Notes under the pieces: generated by a model
Seen by the model: only the letters and a program-made list of their open reading frames with translations
What the model was told of the DNA's origin: nothing
The model's database searches: none
Shown here: in pieces, positions 1-13,700 of the stretch
How the letters are laid out: every line of letters begins with the position of its first letter
Position numbering within the stretch: position 1 is the stretch's first letter
Made by a program: the position numbers and the translations under genes
DNA from: Ascidiella aspersa
Lineage: Eukaryota
Length of the DNA: 64,000 nucleotides
Direction of reading: 5' to 3'
NCBI GenBank assembly: GCA_963924565.1
Contig: OZ004612.1
Coordinates: 10,726,001 to 10,790,000 of the forward strand

Positions 1-313
1 GCACACAGTTAAAAATATGTACAAACAAAGATAGGGACAAATTGCGAAAATTATGCTTTTTGGTGGTTTTGACCATGGTTACTTATGAATTTAATTCATC
101 CATTAAGCATGTATAAGGATATAATGGGCATTTTAACACGGTGATGTTTATTGTAAGTTATGGAGTTTATATCTTAATATAATCAGTTACACGAGAGAAC
201 TATTTGATGTAAGACTATATAACGATCGAGGTTAAATTGAAAGTTTTTTAACACCAGGTATATTAGCGAAATAATTTTGTTTGTCACATTAATGAAAGTA
301 TGTTGCGTACTTT

Positions 314-2762
314 ATGCAATCGACAGTGAGCAAATATGCCTGTTTGTTTTGCCACATACATATGTTTACGTGTTAGCAGCCATTCGCCGTAGTTTCGTTT
401 TGATGGAGCACCTGTCCAGCAAAATAATTGCCAATTTGTCGTGCTGTAAACCAAGGCCGAAGTGTTTTACAGTGATGTATGCGACAGTTACAATGCGCTC
501 TGTAGGTAAAAACAGTTTTTTGCTGATGGGTGGCAGTTACGCCATTGCGTAGTAAATCTGACACCTTTTAAGTTCCATTGTGCTGGGGTAATTGTTTCGT
601 GGGCTGAGACAAAACCCGTTTTTAATCCTTTGTTCTTATAGATTTATCTGTTTGTCTTAGCGCAAAGTGGTAATTTTTCTATTAGAGATTTCACCAATTT
701 GAAGTTTAAATCATTCATTTATAAAAACGACAAGGTGTATGCAAGCTCAAGCGCTATAAATACTGTTAGAAACTTTACTGCAGTAAAAGGTCCTAGTATG
801 GGTTTACTTTCGATAAAAATTGTACTTAAAGGTTTTTCAAAATAGAGTTAGTAATAAAATCAATTGCTGATTGACGAAAATAATAGCATGTATTTTGCTT
901 TTAGGGTACTTGGCTAACTATATGCTCCAGGTATAAGAGAGTTTTTTTGTTATTCCTGTTTCGGGCAGATGCTCGATTATGACTTAAGATTTATCAAAAC
1001 GTTAAGGCAACAGTCGAATTGTTTGAGACGTGTGGTTGGCAGATGTGCCACGACCTAAATGAACGGAGTCCACCTTTTTACGACTATTGGGTAACATATA
1101 TCTTCTGCTAACACTGGTTTGAGATGCCTATTCACCCATAATTTACTAGAGTGGTGCATGTTTCTCATACGTGACTACACTTTAAGTTACATTGGACCTA
1201 TAGAACAGACCATTTAAAACGTATGTATTGTATAGTCAGGATTAGATGTCTAGAAATATCTGAAGAAAATTTTGTTTGAGGATCGTTTGAAATCATATAG
1301 ACGAATAAAATCCTCAACGCATGATTTTTTTGTTCCGACGACACATGATTTTCTTCGGCGTTGGTTTGTGGGGTTTATATATTTATTCGGCTGTAACGGA
1401 TTGAAGTTGGAAATCGTTCAAAGCATATGTATTATGTATATTTTGCATTTGTGGTGCAAGGTTTAGCTTTAAGTACATCTCGTATTGAGTTTAGATTTCG
1501 CTGACAAGTTAGAAACGGCGTTATTTTATATTGTTAAGGTATTCACGTCATTATTGAGGCAATAACGAATTTGGTTCGAATAGAAAAGGTATTTAAACTT
1601 ATATAAAAAGGTTATAGATAAACACTCAATTAAGGTTTTACCAATTCTTCATTGCCGTTGCAGGTATTAATGTAGTGCATCTAAATAGCAAAAACATGTT
1701 CCCATGTCATAAACGGAACTAAGATGTTAATACGCCCAAAGCATTTTGTGTAACATTAGAAGATCAGTTTATCGCCGCAAGAGAATCTCAGCAGGATTTA
1801 AGTTTAGTTGTTGTTGTGATTTCCTTATATTTGTCGTTGCGCCAAAGTGATTTGCTCACATCGTGGATGTCCAAGAGATACTAAAAAACAGAGCTCGCGT
1901 AACGTTAGGCGCCCCTGTTAACTAAAAGCATCTGGTTACATCACCACTTATTATGACTCTTAAAATCAGCCAACGCGTTTATGCGAGTTTATTGTACACA
2001 CCATCTGTAGTGATTTGTTGTTTTGCGTGGACGCGGTATGCCTAATGGAGCCAAAGATCGACTGGTGATTGTTACTTGCTATGAACTACCGCTTATTCAC
2101 GCCGTTTCTACAAATTATATTTCCGCGTGGGATATTTTTTTCCCAGCGGTTTGTTTGTTGTCGGAGATACTTCTCGTATTTACAGAAGCAATTCAGTAGT
2201 GAAGGTTTTTGTGAGTCTATTTTAGGGGTCGCCCAACTAAGCCCCGGGTATTTTTTTATGAACATTTATTTTAACTTATCTTTGTTTTATAATAGTTAGG
2301 CCAAATAACCTAAATGCGATATTTATATTTGGTCGGTGACCTCTAATCTTTAAAGTTATCCGGCCTTTTATGAACGAAGTTTGGTAACCCTGGCCTATGG
2401 TATGCATCCCAACCATTCTTAACTACAAGGCCCCAGGTGTATATTGGAACATATTAGTGCCTTCACAGACGTTTTCTATCTGAAAATTTAGTCTTAAAGT
2501 AAGTATCTAGTACCAGAGGTATTTAGGTCAGTAATACAGGGTTATTAGGGTCAACGAGTTATCTTCCGGTTTTGTCACACCATCTAGTTTAACAGTAACA
2601 TGTCTTCGGCAAGTCTATTTGAGTTAGAATCGTTTCAGACCTGACTTTCCCTACACAACTGACCTGACTTTCCCTACAAAACGAAACTACGGCGAATGGC
2701 TGCTAATACGTAAACATATGTATGTAAAACAAACAGGCATATTTGCTGACTGTCGATTGCAT
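314..2762. repeat. ~87-bp inverted repeat pair (314-402 and 2677-2762) enclosing about 2.3 kb
   Basis: ATGCAATCGACAGTGAGCAAATATGCCTGTTTGTTTT...CAGCCATTCGCCGTAGTTTCGTTTTG matches its reverse complement at 2677-2762 with few differences. Confidence 0.8.
2638..2682 (+). repeat. 23-bp tandem duplication
   Basis: GACCTGACTTTCCCTACA at 2638 and 2661. Confidence 0.8.
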
Positions 2763-5700
2763 CCGTTCTTTTTTGAGGATAATTTTTGGCATTCCGCTAT
2801 CGTGTTCCAGGAGACAAAATTAGGCAGTCATTTCAGGGTGCAATCACGTTTTTGTTGACAAACAATAACATTGGCAGTTTTAATTTGATTGCATACACGT
2901 TTAACTGCGCAGTTTTCTAGCGCCCCTTTGGGCGTTGGTGTGACCAGGCATTTTGTTGATGATTTGTGGCCCACTGTGCCTGATAGACAGTGCTAAGAGC
3001 CTGCCGTACAGCTTAACGATTTAGGGTTTAGTGCTACTTCTTTCTTGTAAAGTTCGATTTTGTCCTTTTTGTTACGTTGTATACGGCCGTTAAATATACA
3101 TTATAAGCTAAGTTTTTCGGTTTAGCTTTTCTGCTTTTTGTGTTTTGTATATAAGATAAGCCACCCCGAGTTAAACTAAAAGTTTTTTATTCTTCTAAAT
3201 ATGTTTATTCTAAATATGTTTTATACATATTTAGAATCCTAAATGTTCCGTGGCATATTTTTCTCTGAAAAGTAGCATTAGCAAGGTTTTAAAAACAGCT
3301 ACTTTTACCGTATGTTCGAATAACTGAGATAAGGGTCCAAAGGGGACAATTTGGTTAAGGTTACTGCCTGAAAAGTCTTTCATGGACAATGGACATGTCT
3401 CTGTGCAATTCAAGCACTTGTATATGTTTACAGGCGGCCGCTATATATGTTTGGCCACGCGCCGTCGCATTGTACTGTTGTATCTCTCCGACAAGGGGAG
3501 GTGCCACTTGATAAAGTTGTTGACATAGGAAGGCATTCAATGGCTTTACATCGCTTCCTCTTCTTTGGCCCGCCGACACCGTAACTTTTTACTGATTGTT
3601 GCTATACCTGTCGCAAAACATACCGAGCTGGCCGGAAAGTTTGTTCTGTCCGTTATTTTTAAATATTAGCGTATCGACTTTACAGTAGACCATGAGGTTC
3701 GAATACAGTAGACCAAAGTTTGGCTGCAAACTTTGAACGATATCTACGTCAGGAAATAATACCTTTATGTGGATAACAGTTCAAGTATATTGGATTTAAG
3801 GCCAAGCGATCCGTTTGGAGTGTCTATAACAGTTATATAATCAGTTTATTACGTAAAATGATGAAAGTAATCCTTGGCAGTTTTCTTATATGGGTCGGTA
3901 ATTTACCAGATGTAAAATGAGACAAACTTCAATACATTTACCACAAAGTAGAACTACCGTTTTGATTGGAGCCAGACTTTTAAATCGATCTTACCTTTAC
4001 CCCAGTAGCCATAGTAGTTGAGAATATGGTTTTTTGGTCGTTTCCGCTCGATTTGTGGGAATTCATGTATTTCGGTGGACACGTCGTAAAAGGTCTGCAT
4101 ATGAGAAGTTGTGCAATTCTCCGCCGACTAGGCTTTGTCTATTTTTGGTGAACGTTTGACATTCACTAAATATGGGCTCATGTGACAACTATAGTTAAAA
4201 CACTAATAGCTTTGGGTAATTATGGGTGATCGGCTGTTTGCAGAAACTATCTAGTCCTTTAAATATAAATATGTAGCCTTTAGTACCCTTAAAGCTGTTA
4301 AAATCAATTAAAGTTTTGTTTAGCAACATTTTAGTAAAAAAATCCCAGCCAACCCTGTCGTCTTGAAATAACTTTGTGCTCCACACGTACAGCAGCGTAA
4401 TGGGACCTTTGTCGCTCTGTTCGTGGTAACTGCTATCATTAGTTGGTTGCCTGTGAGGTCAGCACATTGCTGGCGTCTGAGCAAGTAACGCTTCGCTATT
4501 AACTATTTGGGCGTCCTTCTGTTTCACGACTCACGTGTGGAAGATTTTTTGAGACTCACTATTGCTATTTGTATAGTAAATTTGTAGTTTTCATATGGTA
4601 ATAAACAATTGACCAGGTCGATTAGAATTAGTTAGTAAGGTTAGTTTTTGCAAACTTCGTTCATAAGTGCATATATGTAAGGTCTATTAAATATAAAAGT
4701 TCTTTAAACCTTTATGTGACAATGCATCTTGCGTCAACCGTGGTCAAGTGTTGTGACTGACTGACAGCCTACGAAGTGGTTTGCAAGAGATTTTGTATGT
4801 CGATTTGAATATAGACTCCTTAACTTTTATCGTGTCCTGATTGAACTTGGCTGACTTTTGTTGTTGTTTTGACTTTTCACGTAAAATGACTTGATAATCT
4901 TATAGACACTTCTGTACAATCAGCTTCATCAACAGTGCGCCATCCCTATAGCTTTTAACTATAGGTAGTCGGAGATACTGAACAGTTGCAAAGTATTATT
5001 TTTGTTGTACTATACGTTTGAAATTTAATTTCATAATGAACTCTTTACAGGCCTTCTCAGCCAACATTTAATTCCGTCTTACCTATTAATTTTAATTTTT
5101 AAAAGTGTTTATATTTTGTTTATGCGGCTCACAATGGGAATATTTTACTGTGAAATGATTTTTGAGTTTTCTAATTTTATAGAAAGATTTTGTTTAGCTC
5201 GATCTATACGCGAAAAGGCCGAACTGGGTTTATTCGCTATAGCTGTTGACTGTTGTTATGCACTTAAGACTCTTGAAGATTTTGCGTGCATTACAGAATA
5301 TTCTTTAACAGCCAACTAATATAAGGGACGCCAGTTGTCAACGATTCGTTAAGGTATTCAAAAGATGACAAAACGGGAGAAGCAGCCTATAGAGAATTAC
5401 AACTTGAGCCATTGTATATGTGCACGCTGTGGCTTGTAAGTACGTAAACGGCTGTCTGTCGCTTTTGACGCAAATTGCCACTTAGCGCGATGGAGACATT
5501 TTGCGGCCAGCTTAAGCGTCGGTTAGATTGAGAAAAGTTTCAAATCTTCCAACGACCACTGAGTCTGAATTTGTTGCCTTGTTGAGAGATTTCTTGAGCG
5601 AAAAAACGGCTGACACCGTATATTTCATTTGTGAGAACTGCAAACCGCGCAAAGACTACAGTTTTAGCCGGCGGGTGTACTGCGCAGACGGATTACAGGC

Positions 5701-8189
5701 TTACGTTTCGACCTTTAGATTTGGTGTCGTGGTAAACTCTTTTTGCCGACTGTTATCTGCAAATTACAACTGCGCGTGGAAGGCGGACTGTTATTTAACT
5801 TTGGCGTGAACGAGTCAAACACGAAGTTTGTTCATTTTTGAGGACTAATAACGTATTATTATCAGATAACGAAATGCGTGGGTCCAACATATCTGTAAAA
5901 CCACCGACGTAATGCCACTAATTAAAATTAACTATGTTTTCAAAAATAAAAGATGTGGAACGCTTCTAAACCTATAAAATTGTTTTTCAGACTAATATAC
6001 TACAATTAACGTCAATTGCATCGTATTGCATCTATTCTGTTGTAGCATTAAGACCGAGCGGAACTATACAGGTTGCGTAATTGCGTTTTAACATTGTACA
6101 AGTGCAGAGTAGCCTCCTTAACGACATTACAGCAATAAACAACCCATAACCTAAGTTGTACCGCGCAAAATTGTCATAAAGTTAAGTACAAACTACCTAT
6201 ATCGATAAAAATTAAAGCAATGTGTTTTAGAATACACCCTTACACACGAACTATAGTCATCTTTACCGATTTTTAAAACTATTTGTTTATACGTAATTCT
6301 ATTTAATACTGGGACGCTGAAAATCAACAACAACGTTGCAACAACGGGTTTAGGTCTTATTAAAATGCTTTCAGATGCTTTGTAAAAGCCTATAAACGCT
6401 TAATACTGTCTGAGAATAATAAGAGTCTGGAACGTCTGGGGATTTCAACAATATTATCGCAGGTGTGCAGCAGCCATTACTTATGGGCAAGGTTGTTATT
6501 TTTTGAGGCAGAAAAAAACTAGGAAATCAGTAGGTTGTTTTGGAGAAGTTTATTTAACCAACTTTTACTGATTCATGCGAAGGCCGACCTTCCTCCAATG
6601 TAGTTTGTTTTATCAATATAGTCAATATAATAATAATAAAAATAACTATAGGGCCTCGCTGATGAGGGACAGTTTGTCGTAGCGTAAACACCCATGCAGT
6701 TGTACGATGCTTTCGCGTGTTAGGTGTCCAGCTTCCACACTGGGTCTGGGTGGTGGCGACCTAATTGCCGGGAAGCGATCAGTTAATTGTTGGTCGGCGC
6801 GTCCAGTAGAAGTCCTGAGAGGCGGTCGTGATTTATCTTCGGCGACAGCAATTACGGATTTAGGACCGAGCCCACCATAAGCACTGACCGGTTTGGGGAG
6901 AGTGTGGAAAGGACAGTTGGCCAGTTCATTTTACTGCCAGTTCATTATAGTCGCTATGAAATGGGGTCTGCTGTTGTCAAGTTTAAGTTAAAAATTCTGA
7001 ACGTTAGTTGAAAAACGAGCGTTTTGAAATGAGCGCGTTGTCTGGCTGAGTATCAGTTTTGGTTTATTGGCAAAAAAGTTGACGACGTTTGATTGCTGAT
7101 ATGGTGTTTACAGCAATGGAAACGAAAGGAATTAGTGTCTTGGTTGAATAGACTGCAAACGCTCATATTTCACATATGCCATGGGTGTTGTCGTTGCAGA
7201 ATTTAGCAATAAAAATTAAATAAATATTGAACTGACCTTTAGGGCCATATCAGTGAGAAAACAGTCATAAAGATGTCGTTCGTTGACGGTCACCCAGTTG
7301 AGCGGATTGGGCGTGTATAACTTATTTATATAGAACCACGCTGTGTTAAACCGAATTAGCGCGCATTTAAAATAGCGTACCTGGCTGAGGTTACCATCAA
7401 CCTGCCTAAAACATCGAAAATCAAAGCCGCCCGTTTTTCGTCTAACCTTGTTGACCAAAAGCGATAAACAAGCAGCTTGTAATGAAAGTGGACGCCAAAT
7501 CCAATTGCGGCTTCAACTATATCGCGTTGCGGATTGGAGCATGCCGCCCGACAGCAATCGACCTTATGTTTCGCTTCTCGTCGGGTAAACAAGGTTAGCA
7601 AAACCAAATGGCCGGTTAGTAATACGATGGCCACTTGTTTTTTTCCGAGATATATTAATTGTTCGACTCTTGGCTTTGGCTGCAAACCGACGAGGCAGGG
7701 TAAACGACAAGATCTTATATTGCGAATTGCTGTTTGTTGTTAAAAGGTATCTAAGGGTGATAGTTTTGAGCTTTTGAGCTTTTGAGCCTGATTTAATAGA
7801 GAGTATGGTATGTTGAACTTCCCGCCATTCTTTTTGCGCTTTAGCGAATTGTGTTGTACATTGAAGTATGTGCAAAAAGCAACTGAAATTAGTTTCGCAA
7901 AAAAAAAATTTTTCAAACTGTATTAATTTGTCGGGTTAAAAGGGTTTGCACAACAAGTTCTTCTGGTTTTAATGTGAATTGTCTTCTCTGCAAGTTTACA
8001 TGTAGGAATGGTTTAAGATTTGCATACACAGCATCGTAAGGTTATGTACAGTGTACAGCAATCGTTTTACGTTTTTGCGACAATGGAAGTATCGTTTTTC
8101 AAAACGTGTTATACCCTGCGAGTGGCTGTAAGGTAGAACGTGCAGAATGCACGCATCTCAATATAAAATTTCCCATACGTTGAGTTACG

Positions 8190-8720
8190 TATGGCCGTCA
8201 ACAACAACCTCTGTCATACTTCAGCACTGCCCAAAAAAACATCGGTCCCCGAAATCTTTATTTGCGCGGGTCGGCGTCGATTCGGAAGCTGTACAAGTGT
8301 AAGGCGGTCTGGTTCTCCGCCATTCGCGCTATATTTACGCGCATCGACCAGTCGATACCAGCGCGCATCCAACTTTCGAAAAACACGGAAAAGGGCGACG
8401 TTTCTCCGACCGATTGCACCGGCTTGCCTTCGCGTTTTCTCCCATCCTAGAATCGAACGTGCGCTTTTTTGCGATCGCTCCCGTTTTTGCCCAGTTATTT
8501 GCGCTTGTTTGTTTCAATGCTGCTTGTACGACTTCCGTTGCGTGGCAGCGCGGCGCGGGGAAACGGGAGCCCTTTTGAATTCGTTTCCAGTTAAAGGCCA
8601 TCGCAGCCGCTCTGGCAAATGCTGACTTCGATTACGCGCAGTTGATTTGTGAACACGGCGTCGGCCTGCACGATTTCAAGTATAGCCGCCGTATCTTAAA
8701 GTCAGAGGCGCTTCTTATAG
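8190..8720. promoter_or_regulatory. CpG-rich non-coding island, possible RADIL upstream promoter or enhancer
   Basis: GC and CpG are sharply higher than in the flanks; no recognisable protein in any frame; about 2 kb upstream of the first coding exon. Confidence 0.3.
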
Positions 8721-10792
8721 TGCGAATTTACGCATACGTACTTTCATACCGTTGCGAACTTGCAGCAGAGACAAGTTTTAGCCTGAAGTTTGCCGGTAAA
8801 TCATTATATAAGGACCGCGAAGTATGTCAGATTAAAAATAATTTGCGAATATATTATGCAATCGCAAGTACAGTGTTGTGAACTGTACTGCCGCTGATGT
8901 ATTAAAGGAAGCATCAAATACCGTCAAAGCTATTTAAACAGTTACATTCTAGTAGTTTTATACACCGTAAAACGTAATGTGCTTTTCCGCGGTATTATTT
9001 GTAGAAAGCATTCACATTGTCGGTATGCTATATATGGATTTAGTTGAAATGCGACAGTCGCATTTACCAGTGATTCACCAACATATCCTACGATGCTCTT
9101 TCCGTTTGACGCCATTTTGGGTCTTGTCGGGGGTAAGATTGGTACGAGCTACGCGACATGCGGGTGTATTGCATCATCATTTCGTTTTAAGGTAATTTTA
9201 AATGACATTTCGAGTCACAGGAAATCCAATTTATGTTTAAAGTAAAATTAGAAAATATTTTCAAACTTGAGTTTTTTCCGTAGAGACTGAAAAAATTAAA
9301 AGTATAAAAAACGTCGTTAAACGGTAATAGTCGTACGCGCAACGTGTAGTACACCGAAAATACAAATGTTGAAACACTACACCATTTCATGGAGAATTGA
9401 TATTATACCCACCTCAGTGGGTCCCCCTTGTGCTCGTCCAGGGCAACAGGGTTTCGTTTCCCTGAGGTGTCCAATTATATCAAGGCCACTATTTTGTAGT
9501 GATCCCACTGGGCTGTCAATATCTACTAGAATTCACTTATACTTGACATATAAACAGAGGTTTGGCCGTCACGCAATTATCGCCTTTTCTGACGCAGTGC
9601 GTAAAATGAATCACTCGCGCGTATATGGCAGTATATAAACGGCCGAGGTGATGCGTCAGTTACGCATAGAACCATTTACAGTCACGTTAAGCCGCATAGA
9701 CCTGAGGCGTGTGTGAACTAAGACGGCTTGGCATATAGGACAGCTTTCGTGTTTAACACCTTTTAAATCCCGCGGTGTTTTTTGTTGTTGTAAAATAATC
9801 CAGAGAAAAATAGATGAGACGTTGTTTTTAGCAGCTGGGCAGCGAAGTCGTTTGAGCTGTTTGTTTTCTGCTGACAGACACGTTTGGTGAAGAATAGCTA
9901 TTTGCATGTTAAAATGTTTAGTTGGTTTAAGAGTAATCCAAAACCATTTGTATAGGCGAAATGTAAAAATACCCGTCGAATCAGTCGAAGCTGTGATATT
10001 AAGTTACAACTGCTGATGTGTCTCTTTTTATAAATGGAAATTAGTTTTGCTTTTTAATAGAGGCGGCAGACCATGGGCCCGTCCTGCCCTTGCACTTTCT
10101 CATGTTGTTCACCAAGGATACTATACGCAAGAAAGCATCTCTCCCGAATCTGACTCGGAATAGATTATATCTCGAGCATATATCGACATCAGAAGTCATC
10201 AGGCGATAGCGATCCAAATGACGATCGGGAATTTTTGTTTTCGACAAATAAATTTCTGATCTTACGCTTGCTAGATTCCAGGGCACAGTAACAGTTCAGT
10301 GTAGTAGTAAAGTTTTCTGTTAGCTTCTGGCGAAAGTATGTCTAAATTCGTAATGTTGTTTTATGTTCCTTGTAAAAAAGCTAAGAGTTGGACGGATAGG
10401 AACTATACAAAAGTATAACAGCTTATATGCGCCATGTTAAGGATAATTAGGTTGCTTATTATATGGCAATTAATATTATTTGGTAATGAACATTTCTCAG
10501 TAAAGTCGCCTATATTTGTGTCTGCTAAACGTGCGCAATAAATGGTTGGCCGCATCCTAACCATTTCCAATAAATTCGACCTACATGAAGCCTCTGTCCA
10601 TTAGAAACATGTCGCATATAACAAGCAGGTCGACAAGCGTCATGTGTGCATTTATTTCCGAATCACCTTCTAACGCTTTTTTGTTTTTTCGACCGTGTAG
10701 TGCCCGTGTTTGATTAGGAAGCCTAAGCACGTCGTTTGTAGGCTTAAAAAAAGAGTTTTATCTAAACAAAAACACGTAAAAATGCGGCGTTT

Positions 10793-13700
10793 ATGATGCG
10801 CAAGACAATGAGCGCCGAGAGCACCTATCGCTCGTTCGACTCGGTGGACAACGTCATCAACTTCCCGGAAATTCCCTCGCCCAGTCCTTCGAGCGATCAT
10901 GGCAGCTGGAGCTACCGAGGTAAGGCTTCGTGGAAAAATGAAAACTTATAGTCACCATGGAAATGAGCATGAGTTAAGTAAGACTGGTGTTCGGTCTTAC
11001 AATTACTGCTGGAGTTGAGATATGATTTTGACGCTATACTGTGTGACTGTGGAAAGGCCGTTAGTCAAATCAGGATGACCGGGGTGGTAAGTTCGAACCT
11101 CATCACAGGCTAGATTTTTCTAATCTTAACCTTCTTGGACTACAAGACTAGATTACAGTATTTGTCCACGGCGAAGTTGCTGATCGGACGGTACGGTATT
11201 TTGTATTACTCAAACAGACGAAGTGTACTTCACACCAAACAAGATAGAAAGAATGGCCTTAGCAATAAACCTTAGATGTAATACATGTTTAAAACATATT
11301 CTGGCCGCCACACGTTTCGTGTATTTATTATTGTTAAAATTAATTTTGCTTTAATAATTACGGAAGAAGCCTTAGGTTATAGATTGCTGTGTTGAAAAGA
11401 ATTATTTAGCCGTGAAAAGCAATAAACCTAATTGTTTGCTTTTGAGAACTTTAAATTATTAAACAAACCAATTTTGCATCTCAAATGGATTACGACTTAA
11501 AGGTTCACTTAACTTAAGCTCAACTGTCCACAATAAGCATCGACAACAGCAGGTAAGTTAACGTGGGAAAAAAATGTTTTGTCCCTCAGACAGATCATGT
11601 AATCGGAGCCAGATGTGTTATGTTTGGTTCCCATTAGAGTGGGTTTATAAAGAGTCCGTAAATATGACAAACTCGTCTAAATATAAGGTCAGTAGTGTAA
11701 GATTCTTTCACTTGTGAACGGCCGGGGGTACAACGGAACGTATCGCACACCGATTGCTTGGGACGCATTCTATCCGCATTGTCCGGTCGATTATTGGAAT
11801 CAAGTTTCACAATACCCCCAGCGCCGACCCATTTTCTAAAAGACAATTGCCGCGTTCTGTTCTCCCAAAGCAGAGGAAAATCACTGTGATCAGGGCGTTT
11901 TGTTGTGAGGTGGGCACATCCACGCGGTAATTAGTTGGCGCCTATAGGCCTAATATTGTCTAGTGTTACGATTTTAGTATGTGCGATAGAAAAAAGAGAG
12001 GGAGCAAAAAAAAATAAAAAATTCGTTTTTGTATTGACGCCACTACCTGCTGTGTTCAGCTAAAATCGGCGAGGTCAATACAACTTAACCGCTGTTCATT
12101 AGACATCGGGTTATGTCAAATCAATATAAGATAATAGATTGCTGTTTATAAAAAAAGTTAGGCTAACCGCCTAACATTACGCAACATAAAGGCATACCAG
12201 TTCTTACATAACACGTACTGTATATGGAAATGCGTTTATAATGACAATGGATAGGCCCACATGACCATAACAACTCTAGGGGAGAAAACGCTTCTGGTCA
12301 TTTGGCGTTCACAACTAAAGACAACGCCTCATCCAATTAATTGCCGAAACAATTGACAACGAAAAATCACGACATTCCGTACACGGCCGCGTTCGCACAG
12401 AGTCCGTGTTTTCGCGGTCCAAATCGCGCGAACGGCGCATGAATTCAAAGCCAGAGTGCACTTGAACTAAAATTCGGTTTAACAGCTTAAAGGAGAGGCG
12501 CTGGCGAAATGATAGCCTTTGCCTGATGGTTCACTGCTCGAAGGCAGTAAGGGCGGCAATTAAGTGCACCGGGCTTTCCGGCAAAATCAGAACTGGTGGC
12601 ATTTTCATCAAGGCGGGTTAGTGTTGTTTCACGACTGATTTATTCTGTAGGTTGATGTGCCTTTCTAGCATAACAGTATTCTGCTCATGTTTTTAGTGCT
12701 TGAGCCAGCTTACTGAGAGAGAGATGCGAGGTCTCTAAAGATACGTTAAATATATATTCGGAATATTTAGAATTTTCACAAAATTAGGTAAACACTTTTA
12801 TTGTTAATTTTCTGCATAGGTTTAATTTTAAATAAAATGAATGCTGCGGACCAAAGCAGAATGCAAATGACTCTAAAATAACCTTTCAGACAATAAGATA
12901 GGATAACCTTCAGCGGGTTTTTGTGGTGAGCGAAGCACCTTTGTTGACTATTTTCAGACGATGCTCAGTGATTCATTATTATTGCACAGCTCAATTTGCA
13001 GCGGGACATTTTTCCCTCATTTCTGTGTAATTCGCAACGCGCCTATTGCCAAACGCCTCGTTAGGGTTCTACGGTTGGGCAGGTTATATTTACACGGGCG
13101 TATCGCCTAACGATTACTTTATGGCTGGTTGGTGCTCAAAAGAGCAATATACCTTTAATGCTGTTGCGAACGATTAAATCTAAATCTAAATCTTAAGAAA
13201 GGTGTGTTGATTGAAACAGTTTTAGATATAGCTGGCCAGTACAATCAGATAACGCTTATCAAAGGTGTTTATTATAGATTAGAAATGTTAAAGGCATCAC
13301 GATGTCCACCTATAGTTTTGTGTTTATATACTATTGTGACTAAACTATATCAAAAGTTATTTTAATCTCAATTTCAAGACTAAGTGAGCTTAAGTGTGCT
13401 GAATCGCTTGCCTATAATATGTGGTTATAGGCCTACACCGGCGTACAGCACTTACAGTTTGCTTCCGGAAGTCTTTTAGGATTTTCACCTCTTCGTATAG
13501 TCCCTTTCCGCTATCAGTTTGAGTGTGTATTAAAATCGCTGTACCAGGTAAGTCGGAGCAGGTTAGATTAAAAGATTACGGGTTTTAAAAAACTAGGCTG
13601 CGTCAGTAAAAACAGACTCGAAAAAACAAACTTTGCTTCTGGGAGACAAAATTACCTGCTGAAAATCGCTTTTAGATTAAACCAACAAATATTAAATAAG

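Noticed and set aside
8191-8625. 144-aa ORF and overlapping ORFs
   Set aside because: No recognisable domain or splice context; explained by high local GC.
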